From: Spongospora subterranea f. sp. subterranea
Lineage: Eukaryota
Assembly: GCA_049724395.1 (NCBI GenBank)
Contig: JAUGWO010000132.1
Coordinates: 1 to 34,916 of the forward strand
DNA: 34,916 nucleotides
Reading direction: 5' to 3'
The notes under the pieces were generated by a model. The model searched no databases, was not told where the DNA came from, and saw only the letters and a list, made by a program, of their open reading frames with translations. The stretch's first letter is position 1. Each line of letters starts with the position of its first letter. Shown here piece after piece: positions 24,946 to 34,916 of this stretch. The translations under genes and the position numbers were made by a program.

Positions 24946-26930
24946 CTACCAGACGGCGATGTTTGGTTTTTGCAGCTGCAATTTGAACTTAGTATATTTG
25001 CTGGGGACCATGTTGTTAGAAGGAGTAAACGCAGGTCGGTGTGATGGAGGAAGAGCGATGCCAGCCTGAACGAATTGAAGGCTTCGAAAGTACTGCTCGG
25101 CGACTGTCCTAATTTTAGCAACAAATGCCCTGAGATTGGGATGCGGCGTGGGGAACAGGTCGTTAATATGAGCATTATATGATTCGAGCGGATTGTTGGT
25201 TCGATTGGCAATCTCTTCCCCTGTTGCTATCTTGGTGCTAAGATTCCAGTCCCGAGGAGACCGCATCCACGTTTTATTGAAGTATTGAAGTAATCAAAAA
25301 ACTTTTCGAAAGCTTTGACTTCCACTTCATTATCCAATGTTAATTGAGCACGGAGGTACTCGAATCCCACCGTCGTTATCTCATTGTGTTCAATAACAGT
25401 TAGAGCGTCCAAGATCCCTGGCCTCATCAAGCAATTTGACAGAATGATCTGACAGTTTGAGTTTGGAAAGCACCCGCCGATTGGCTTGTTTCAGCATCCG
25501 AAAATGGATACGCTCTCCAAAAACATCTAAAACACTCTCAAATCATACAATCAGTTGATAACACCTCATGTACCTTTAACTGCATTGATCAAAGCCTGCT
25601 CGAAATCACAAGTGACACTGCCTGGATTGACTGTTGTTCCAATGACCGATTTGATCAGATTAAACGCCATCCGATATAAATTGGCGGTTTTCCCAGTCAT
25701 CAAAACAAAAAAAACACGGCAAATACAGGTCATTGACCACGTCTTTGGCCATCACCACCAGAAGCGGTTTGAATGAAGCCGGTACAACTTTGAATGTTGT
25801 GTCCACAAACGAATGAATCCCTGGTTGTTTGACCGTCTTGCATAAACCAGGAGTCAGTCTATGCTGTGTAATCCCCTCATACACAGGTGTGTTGAACGCT
25901 AACAATGGGAGGATGCGGTTGGTGGTCAAAGCAAAATCTGTCACTTCAATATCCCTGAGCCTATCTGCAGTATGTCCACCATGCCGGGCGTACTGTACTC
26001 GCTGTTTGCTCTCCGACTTCGTCATCATCTGATCCGGATATTATCTTTCAATCAACGTGTTGATAGAGAATCGTCGCAATACACATCCGCCGCCTGAGCA
26101 ACACTAAAGTGTGTCTGGGCGTTCACTGATGGAACCGCCAATACATCTGTAGGCCCAATCATAGATGAGCCCAAGTGCAAAACTATAGAGGGGTTGCGAT
26201 TGGCTAGTCATCAGCATATAGAAGGCTGGAGTATAGGAATCACAATCTGTATCTTTCACCATAATGATCAGTAACTGCGAAACAGTTTCGGTACCATCCG
26301 ATATGGTGCATCAATAAACAAACAAACTTCGCGACGCCTTAGTAGTTTGTAAAGTGCTGGATGACCCCATCCACAGACTCTCTGGAGTGTGGGTTTCTCC
26401 AAAAACGGGCTTGACAACCCTAAAAATGAATTGAGACGGTCAGTCGTCAGAGAAAGTTCAGGCTCCTAGATGGATCGAAAGTTGTCAGCAGAGCGCCCTC
26501 CGGTCCTTGTAATTGGACTCTGTTGATAACTGCAGACTTTGACATAATTTGCACTTGATTATCTGGATAACTTGCTGAGATTAGCTTGTTGAATTTTGTC
26601 CAGATTTGTTGAGCTGGTTTGGAGCGATCCTCAACAGCGAGACGATCGACTATTTGCTTCATCTGTTGAGACCGACAATCATATAAGCCATCCGACGATA
26701 TACATCAGCCCCACTCATTACTTCGTCCCTTTCGTCGAAACCCCATCAACGGCCGCATATTCGCCCAGACTTTCGCAAGTTTCTGCAGTGCCCCGACAAG
26801 AAATCGGTCGTAATTTGCTCGCTCTATAATGTAAACAGCGATAATGAACGCTTCCATCTTTACGTGAACGATGGAAAATCAAATTTCTCGAGTTGAAAAC
26901 GAGCTCGTTGCTGTTCGGCGCTGGATTCAT
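24946..26930 (-). mobile_element. MULE (Mutator-like) transposase pseudogene, rearranged, with FLYWCH-like N-terminus
   Basis: DDE motifs FVDTTFKVVP, VTCDFEQALINAVK, a broken GC..KQA, and RTNNPLESYN. N-terminal VHYRCLHYR...CRG. Interrupted by unrelated sequence at about 26050-26440. Confidence 0.85.
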
Positions 26931-27032
26931 TTTTGGTACAGAATGATGAGGTGGCGGATAGAAGCTGATAATTTTATGGATCACTGTGTGCCAGTGCGGG
27001 TTAAAAAAAGGTTCAAAATTGAGTCTATGCAG

Positions 27033-27358
27033 TTGGACGAGACGATATCGGGATCAGACACGATGTCATAATTGATCCCTAGTTGGCGAAGATAGATGGA
27101 CAACCGTTGGTATGAAGCGAAGCCAGATATCATCATTAATCCTCGACCATAATATGTATCGATAGCGTTCCCCGCATCCGGCACAGTCATCATATTGAGC
27201 ATCATGGAACCTGGACACAACATATTACTATCGCATTGTCGATTGATGACGACAGGGCCTACCTAATAAGAACGAAGATTGGCTAACGTCGAGCCGGTCA
27301 ATACTAGCGAATTCACAGGCAGAGGATAATGTTTGAAAGTGAATATCGAATGTGTTGG
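27033..27358 (-). pseudogene. Copied fragment of the GH19-like gene (about 15522-15850), intron retained
   Basis: Encodes DIHFQTLSSACEFASIDRLDV and YYGRGLMMISGFASYQRLSIYLRQLGINYD, with the gtaggccc...ccag intron present. Confidence 0.85.
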
Positions 27359-27359
27359 T

Positions 27360-27775
27360 ATCAATTCGGTCGGTTGTTATACTCAACGAACAAGCCAACA
27401 CTTTGCGTATGGACTTGAAAATCACGTTCTTGAACTCAGTTTTTTCATTTGACGCTGCAATTCGTGATGGGGGTTTCAATGGCCCTGTCAGGACCTCGCC
27501 ATATTAAATTAATTATTCGTCTGAAAACACGTATATGAACGGATTATAGAACTAAATCACCAATATGGATTGTTGCAATTGGAGCATGTCGCTAATCTGT
27601 TTCATTGTGCACCATTACCAGATCGAACCAATGAGACCTGGCGATAAAACTTCGTGGAATTTGAAGCGTATTTCAGCGACATCGGGTCAGATAATGCACC
27701 TGAGGAAAGGTTGACATTTGATGACGGCGGATGTTGGGTGACTAAACCGTATCCAATGGAGATTACGGGTCAGAT
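27360..27775. repeat. Dispersed repeat 'Y' (also inverted at 31675-32090 and direct at 34075-34405)
   Basis: Shared strings such as ttgcaattggagca.gtcgctaatctgtttcattgt.cacca, ccagatcgaaccaatgagacctggc and tcggttgttatactcaacgaacaagccaa. Confidence 0.8.
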
Positions 27776-27811
27776 TAAGAATATAGTGTTGTGGTCGGCG
27801 ATGTCGTGTTA

Positions 27812-28215
27812 TTGATGTCATTGATTCCAATCACAGTGAAGATATCGATTCTCAAGGTGTGTAATGACAGTGCAGATCGATTCCCTTTGTTTGCTGACGA
27901 TCAGATTCCCATCCTGTTTCAAGTCATTCAGCAAACATTCAATCAGCTATAGAATTTCAAGGTGTGTAATCACAATACAGGGCTGTCAAAGTTTGCTGAC
28001 CGTAAATTGCCGATCAGATATTCTGCCAGTTTCACCTCACCCCATCAAATACTCATGATCGGACACAGATTCCAGTGGCCTCATTTGCGTTTTGCTCCTG
28101 TATTATTGTGTTCCTTACATGTAAATGCAGATGATCCCATTGCCAGTTTGTCATCAATCAGTGTTGCGGTTATACCCTACGATGACAATCACGGTTAGGA
28201 TATATCTATTTCCGA
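27812..28215 (+). pseudogene. Gene fragment 'X', copy 3 (near-identical inverted copy of about 24402-24805)
   Basis: ORF-track peptides MTVQIDSLCLLTIRFPSCFKSF... are identical on opposite strands at the two sites. Confidence 0.75.
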
Positions 28216-28753
28216 TCCAGTTGTAAAGGCTCTTCCAAACGGCGACACGCCAGTGCTAATGCCTCATCGAGTCTGTCTCCGCTTGTGGTGACAATGTATT
28301 CCGGTAGTCGGAATCCACTTGACAGCAGCGTCAATTGTTAAATTATAAAGCGAACTCGTCGCAAGTTATTGTTATCGTCTAGACCCCACATGGAATCTTT
28401 CCTATACCGGGATAGGAAGATCAAAGGGCGTTTCAACACGAACAAGTTGTTTCGAGATAACTACCCGCCATTATTGGCTCTCATAAACAGATTGAACCAA
28501 ACATGGCAGGTCGAACATCCCTCTTCCTAAGACGTTGGCTTCGATAAGCAGTCAATACTTGATGGAACATGTGGTAGAACAACGGACCAAACAATTGGAG
28601 AGCTAAATCATAACAGGAAAGGTGAATAGATTGGAGAGGAGAATCGGGTATCTGAACCCTGGTTTATGACACGTAGAACAGTTCGTCTCTTGACTCTGAA
28701 CTCATCCTTGCCCTTTGGCGAACGGCGCTACTGTTGCGCCATCCATTCCTCCA

Positions 28754-31038
28754 ATGCGTGTCCTCAAGTTGTTTATATTGCTGCTGGTGGCGACCACACC
28801 GACTCGATCTGTGACAACCGAACCTGGTCATGGTTCGGCCGAACGGCTTGGCTCAGGTCTGGGCAATGCCGCCACAAGAATCGCCTCCTCGACTATGTCG
28901 GTATGGATCATTGAATGTCGCTCCAAGCCAAATTCTCAGATCATTGGTGATTGAAGGACACCATTTCGCTGTCTCAGGAGTTTTCAATGCTCAAAAACAA
29001 GAGTAAAGGTTCACACAATCCAATATTGGAATCTTCGACATTGCAATCAAATTTGCTGCCAGGCAAATCCTTGATGGCGCTTGATTTTTTCAATATCAAT
29101 CGTGTCCACCAGTTTGGTGAAAGTTCTTCGATGAACGTAGTCGTTCATTTCATCTTCAAATAGAGATTCGGCTTGTTAAGTGTTTCTTTAGAAATGGCAC
29201 TCGAGCCCCGGTTCGAAAATTGACGCCTCCCATATCAGTATCGATTTTCAACAGATGAGCCAAGAAGGCGAGAACCTCGATTGCCTTATCGATCTAAATC
29301 GAATTCCTATTGATTCGGAAATTTCGCCGTCAACAGACTTTCCCAAAAATCTCGTGCCCGCTAATAGAAACGTCCACCAGTTTGGTGACAGTTCTTCCAC
29401 AAATTTAGCCGTTCAGTTGAAGTCTAACTTTTGTTTGGGTTTGCTAAGTTCGTCTTAGGATTGGAACCCGAGCACGAGTTCAAACCGTGATGCATTCCCT
29501 ATCGATATTGATGGTCAACAGTCAAATGAGAGCGTTGAGGGCACAACTTTCGATTGTCGCATCGAAAAACAAATAAATTCGAAAAACCATCCTGTTGACC
29601 TTCGTGAAAATTTCGTGACAGTAAGCGATTGCCAAGAATAGTGATCACCAATATCTGCTTATGGCAAAATAGGATGGATTTCCGGAGCAGACTCACAAAA
29701 TGGTTGAACTTCGTAATTCCAAGTATTTCGTGGGATTGAAAATCCTCTGTCGGCGCCTAAATTGGAACCTGAATGAGGTCAAAGACTATGACAGCCTCTG
29801 TGTGTTTCTGGTCAGAACTCTGGTTCCCCGCTCTGTCTGGGGTTTGATGATCATAAACGGTATCGTCTGCTTAGAGAAAGGAGGCGGATCCAGAGCAGGT
29901 CGAGTTTCGCGACAGTGTCGCCATAACGGAACACATAATAGAACTACTTTTGCACGGAAAGTCGCGGCGGGATAAGGTTGAGGTCGGACAAAACAACATT
30001 GATGTTCCTCCACCTAGGCTAATTGCCAAGGCACCCAGCACCCTGCACAAACTAATCCTAATTTCGAATTTTGCTTTGAAACTGGTCTCTTGCAGAAGAT
30101 CGGTCAGCAGTGTTAGGTTTAATGAAATTTATTGTCTCAAAAACATCTGTGTCCCCGTACTTCAATGTCTTGTGAAGTGTTGTGGCAAAGACCTGGGCCG
30201 GTTCCAGACCCGTTGGGGACCGCGTTTCAAACACCGTTATTTTGGAGTAAGATGCTGCCCCGGTCGTGGATCAAATCATCTCACCTGCGGTTACCAGAGG
30301 ACGAGAATCGTCAGAAACCCTGACTACAGGTTTTTATTCGCTGTTTATTAAGAGTCACTGATGAACATTTGTGCTTTCAGAAACAAAAACTCAGGATTTT
30401 TTAATCTCAAAGCTCTTGCTGTTGCTGTTTCAAAGTCACAAACCGCAGAAGAGAAACTCAAATTATGTTGTGAATTCTACGAGAAATTCCAATCAAGTGA
30501 CCACGTGGCTCGTCAGCGTCTCGGATCATTTTATAGCCGGTGTCCGAAACCAATTTGGGGGTGCTTTGTTCATCACTGTGGCCAAGATACAAATGAGTTT
30601 ATTCGAAAATGGGGTAATCAATTCACACATGGTACATTCGACAAGCGGAAATGTCAGGGCCTGGAGTCCCTTGATTGCGGATCGATCGACCGACCATTTG
30701 ATATTCCAGCAAGACTTCGTCTTCAAACGAAATCAACCCGAGACCTCCTCCCAGCGCTTTCCAAAGTTCTCGAAGAGTATGATCAGTTCGTGATTATGAA
30801 GACAGCATCAACGAGATCACCTCATCCGGGTTTAATTAGTTTCATCAGAGCACGCCGTCCTATTTACAATTGTTTACATCGTCATTGCGCTGGAAGTGTT
30901 GAGGAATTTGTTCGGAGATGGGGAGAATCAGTACACTACAAAAAGTTCAGTTGCGATTGCTGTCCTGGACCAGGCACAAAGGAATCTGAAATTTGTCAAT
31001 ATGATTCTCGGTCATCCCAAGGTTTGACCCTCCAATAA
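28754..31038 (+). CDS. Putative secreted Cys/His-repeat protein, paralog C (7 exons, about 654 aa)
   Basis: Exons 28754-28900, 28957-29142, 29192-29410, 29459-29620, 29673-29810, 29875-30329, 30381-31038 (1965 nt, open frame). All introns are GT-AG, 48-64 nt. Signal-peptide-like MRVLKLFILLLVATTPTRS. Confidence 0.8.
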
Positions 31039-31674
31039 TGACTCAACAAATATGGTTGAGAAAGTTCAGCAAACAAATACATCTGATGGGCTTATGGGTA
31101 GTTTCACAAGGGGTTATAGGATTATTCTGTTGTACTCATTTCAACTTGTTTCCGTACAATTCCGTTGGATTTTGGCCAACGTTGGCGGAAATACAGATGT
31201 GGATTCTACACCTCCCTCCGCTATCGACTGCATTCACGCTCGATTGATGTCCATTGATTTGTTTGTTGAGTCTGATGAATGGTTGATTGTTTTTAAGTCG
31301 GTTACCATCAAAATATGATGCCATTGGAAGGTTTTACAATAGATCCCACCTTGAATAGAGAACAACCGAATCGTATTCGGGTTGGAAATCGTGCACCTAG
31401 AGTGTTTGACACAAACCCAAATACCGTTGCTTGTCTGTTCTGATCGTTATAATCGGCGAAGAACCTGTTCATTTAGAACATAATTGGGAAAACGCGTCAC
31501 GATAAATTAACTTGCCGACATGGCATAGAACTGAGTTGTCATCACCATAGAAGCGAATGTTCGATATTGATCATAGGGGGAGAAGGAGTCTGTTGCTATA
31601 ATTCACCTGGAGGTAAAACGGTCAAGGTATGATTCCAATAACACGACATCGCCGACCACAACACTATATCATTA

Positions 31675-32090
31675 ATCTGACCTGTAATCTCCATTGGATA
31701 CGGTTTAGTCACCCAACATCCGCCGTCTTCAATGTCAACCATTGCTCAGGTGCATTATCTGACCCGATGACGCTGAAATACTGTACGCTCCGAATTGCAC
31801 GAAGTTTTATCGCCAGGTCTCATTGGTTCGATCTGGTAATGGTGCACAATGAAACAGATTAGCGACATGCTCCAATTGCAACAATCCATATTGGTGATTT
31901 AGTTTCTATAATTCGTTCAATACGTGTTTTCAGACGAATGATTAGGTGATATGGCGAGGTCCTGCCAGGGCCATTGAAACAATCAGGAATTGCAACGTCA
32001 AATAAAAACACTGAGTTCAAGAACGTGGTTTTCAAGTGTCCAAACGCAAAGTGTTGGCTTGTTCCTTGAGTTCAACAACCGACCGAGTTG
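31675..32090. repeat. Dispersed repeat 'Y', inverted copy
   Basis: Reverse-complement match to 27360-27775. Confidence 0.75.
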
Positions 32091-32091
32091 A

Positions 32092-32682
32092 AACCAACAC
32101 ATTCGATATTCACTTCCAAACATTATCCTCTGCATGTGAATTCGCTTGTATTGACCGGCTCGACGTTAGCCAATCTGCGTTCCTATTAGGTAGGCCCTCT
32201 CACCATCAATCAACAATGCGATAGTAATATGTTGCGTCCACGTTCGATGATGCTAAATATGATGAATGTGTCGGATGCGGGGAACGCTATCGACCTATTG
32301 ATCAGCAATGACGTCATCGCAATCCGAATCCCCAAGGAACGCGAGCGATCCATATCATGGTCGAGGATTAATGATGATATCTGGCTTAGCTTCATACCAA
32401 CGGTTGTCCATTTATCTTCGCCAACTAGGGATCAATTATGACGTCGTGTCTGATGAATCCCGATATCGTCTCATCCAACTTGGTCATCTCATATCTTTCT
32501 GTATTCATGACAATGGAGCAGACTAATTGCATGCAGTCAATTAGTTCAGGCCAATTCGGCTCGTGCATTGCTCGGATCCCAAGACACGATAAGTTGTGCC
32601 AGAGCGGATCGGCCCAAGATAGTCTAGTGGCAGCAGTAGAGGCCTCGTCCCGTATTTTGGGGCAGCCTATCAGTCCATCGCT
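32092..32682 (+). pseudogene. Second copied fragment of the GH19-like gene (about 15522-16052), interrupted and frameshifted
   Basis: Encodes PDIVSSNLVISYLSVFMTMEQTNCMQSISSGQFGSCIARIPRHDKLCQSGSAQD, near-identical to the parent gene. Intron retained, ~40-bp insertion near 32294-32335, and a 4-bp insertion near 32455. Confidence 0.85.
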
Positions 32683-34601
32683 GATGGAATGTGATATGAT
32701 GAGTCTAATTTCTTGAGGGAAATCGTATAGTTCCAGACAAAGAATGAGATCAATTCCACTATACCGTCTATACATTATATTTATAGAGTCGAGCAAATAC
32801 TTCGTCGTCTTATTATGGAACGCGGTCGAATTTTTGTTTGATTATCGCCAACGAAAATTGAAGTTCGGTATGCGATAATCCGGGATTTGAAATTATCGGA
32901 TTCCTAAAACTGATCATTCTTCCGGATGACAGAACGGCAGACAATGGAGGGCGTAAACCATCTTGGCCTTTTAACAACCCATTCGAGAGAAGATTAGTGA
33001 CGCAGACCTTGGACTGTGGGGACGTTAACTGCAATACCTGTGGCTATACTGCATCGTGTTACAATAGGGGCCATCATACCATGGTCGACGACCTCATGAA
33101 GTCCCGACGGGTCAAGAGAGCCTCTGCGATCAATCTTATTTCAGATGAAACTGGAGTGCCAATATTTACACTCAGGAAATGGTTTGGTCAAATAAATATA
33201 ATTGAATCAATGGTGTGTGATCCAGTACGGCGCTCTCGAAAAGGGGTTTTCAACAGGGAATGGGTCGGATCTTTGCGGAACCTTGAAGAAATGCTATCAA
33301 GAAAGTTCGTGGCCGCCGCCGTTTGGGATTGAAAGCGACCAGAACATGGATTTAATCTATGGCACGCCAGATTCGAAAAATGCCGCTTGTAGTACCACCG
33401 AGTTATGCATCACAAATCATGCTGTCACCGTCTTGGTATTGCAAAGGATTCCTGCCGAGGTCTAATTTTTCGATTCGTCGATCCTCAAATCGCAAGCAGG
33501 CCGATATTTCTCACGCCAGGCCAACAATCCATCGCTTTCATTGTGAGCTGTTTGAGATTAGTTCAATGCTCTTCCTCACATCCATCCTGTATATGGACAC
33601 TTTGTCAAAAGGGACGTTTTCAATTTGATCAGATTCCATTACCCTTTATATGCGATGGCGACAGCCGAACAGTTGATGATAAGGGCGCTGTTCGTGTCTG
33701 GTGTCGTCAACCGGGGTCGGGGTTAGAAAAGCGTTAAGCCGCAATGATATGTGGTTCTAGGTATTGTCATAGAATGACTTATTAGCAAGTTGGCAAGTTA
33801 GAGGAAAATCGAGAGTTCGTAATGCGTATCGTCGAGTTCAAATGGGAATGAGATCTTGTTTGGGGAATATGACTTGATCTACTGGTCCCTAATACAGCAG
33901 GGCAGATGGATCGCTTGACGAGATGTTGAAACTGTGCTGGACATTCATATGGAGCTAATTCTGAACAGGCTCCAAAGAATCTCAACGTTCATCAACACCA
34001 CGATAGCGGATGGATCCTTTCTTCAAGTTCACGTGCTCATAACCCTTTATCGCCAATCGGCAATTTGCTCCACTCGATCGGTTGTTATACTCAACGAACA
34101 AGCCAAAACTTTGCGTATGGACTTGAAAACCACTTTCTAGAACTCAATGTGCTCATTTGACGTTGCAATTCCTGATAGTGTCAATGGACCTGGCAGGGCC
34201 TCGCCATATCACCTAATTATTCGCCTGAAAACAGGTATATGAGCGGATTATATGTGGATTCTTGCAATTGGAGCACGTCGCTAATCTGTTTCATTGTACA
34301 CCATTTACCAGATCGAACCAATGAGACCTGGCAATGCAAGTTCGTGGAACTGGGAGCGAATTTCAACGATATCGGGTCAGATAATGTTCCTGAGGAAATG
34401 TTGACTACCCTCACGCTCGACTGATGTCGAATGATTTGGTTGTTGAGTGTGATGAATTGGGGTCGGCTATGATCAGATATGATGGCAGTGGAAGGGACGA
34501 CAATAGATCCCATCCCGTACAGAGAACAACCGATCAGAATAATCCAATAACCCCTTTTGAAACTACCCATAAGTCCATCAGATTTATTTGTTTGACTTCA
34601 T

Positions 34602-34916
34602 CTACCTTATTTGTTGAATGATTTGGAGGGTCAAACCTTGGGATGATCGAGAATCATATTGACAGATATCAAATTCGTTTCTGTCTGGTCCAGGACAGCA
34701 ATTGCATCTGAACTTGGTGTAGTATAATGATTTTCCCCATCTCCGAACAAATTCCTCAACACTTCCAGCGCAATGACGATGTAAACAATTGTAAATAGGA
34801 CGGCATGCTCGGATGAAAGTGGTTAAACCCAGATGAGGCGATCTCATTGATGCTGTCTTCACAATCACGAACTGATCATACTCTTCGAGAATTTTGGAAA
34901 GCGCTGGGAGAAGGAC
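34602..34916 (-). CDS. Cys/His-repeat protein paralog D, 3' end only (continues beyond the window)
   Basis: IVKTASMRSPHLGLTTFIRACRPIYNCLHRHCAGSVEEFVRRWG...CCPGP matches the last exon of paralogs A-C. Confidence 0.7.
   Translation of the reverse strand, partial: VLLPALSKILEEYDQFVIVKTASMRSPHLGLTTFIRACRPIYNCLHRHCAGSVEEFVRRWGKSLYYTKFRCNCCPGPDRNEFDICQYDSRSSQGLTLQIIQQIR

Noticed and set aside
30330..30380. Two-gene operon-like or toxin-antitoxin pair (ORFs 29950-30351 and 30361-31038, and their paralogs)
   Set aside because: A 50-51 nt GT-AG intron joins the two ORFs in frame in all three complete copies, so they are exons of one gene.
30371..30793. Conserved alternative-frame ORF (about 140 aa, also 2629-3045 and 21061-21483)
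   Set aside because: It has no ATG start, and its conservation is explained by DNA similarity between paralogs. Treated as a shadow ORF.

Overview
This is eukaryotic DNA with short GT-AG introns (about 46-70 nt) and a heavy load of repeats and transposon remnants. The transposon types and intron sizes suggest a protist or fungus-like plant pathogen, possibly a plasmodiophorid; that taxon is an unverified guess. The main result is that many short ORFs in the track splice into four paralogs (three complete, one cut by the window end) of one 7-8-exon gene. It encodes a ~640-730 aa protein with a signal peptide, a copy-number-variable S/D/N-rich exon module, and three tandem C-terminal Cys/His repeats (P[IV]xxCxxx[CH]C...Fxx[RK]WG...H..F...CxG) that I do not recognise. 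Two single-copy genes sit in the middle: an SLC25A42/Leu5-like mitochondrial carrier, and a secreted, probably GPI-anchored protein with two GH19 chitinase-like domains that appear to lack the catalytic Glu. Intron-containing fragments of the GH19-like gene are copied into the repeat mosaic twice. The window also holds a ~3 kb 62/63-bp tandem array in two variant blocks, remnants of MULE, DD39D mariner, LINE and Ty3/gypsy elements, and several foldback or inverted duplications.
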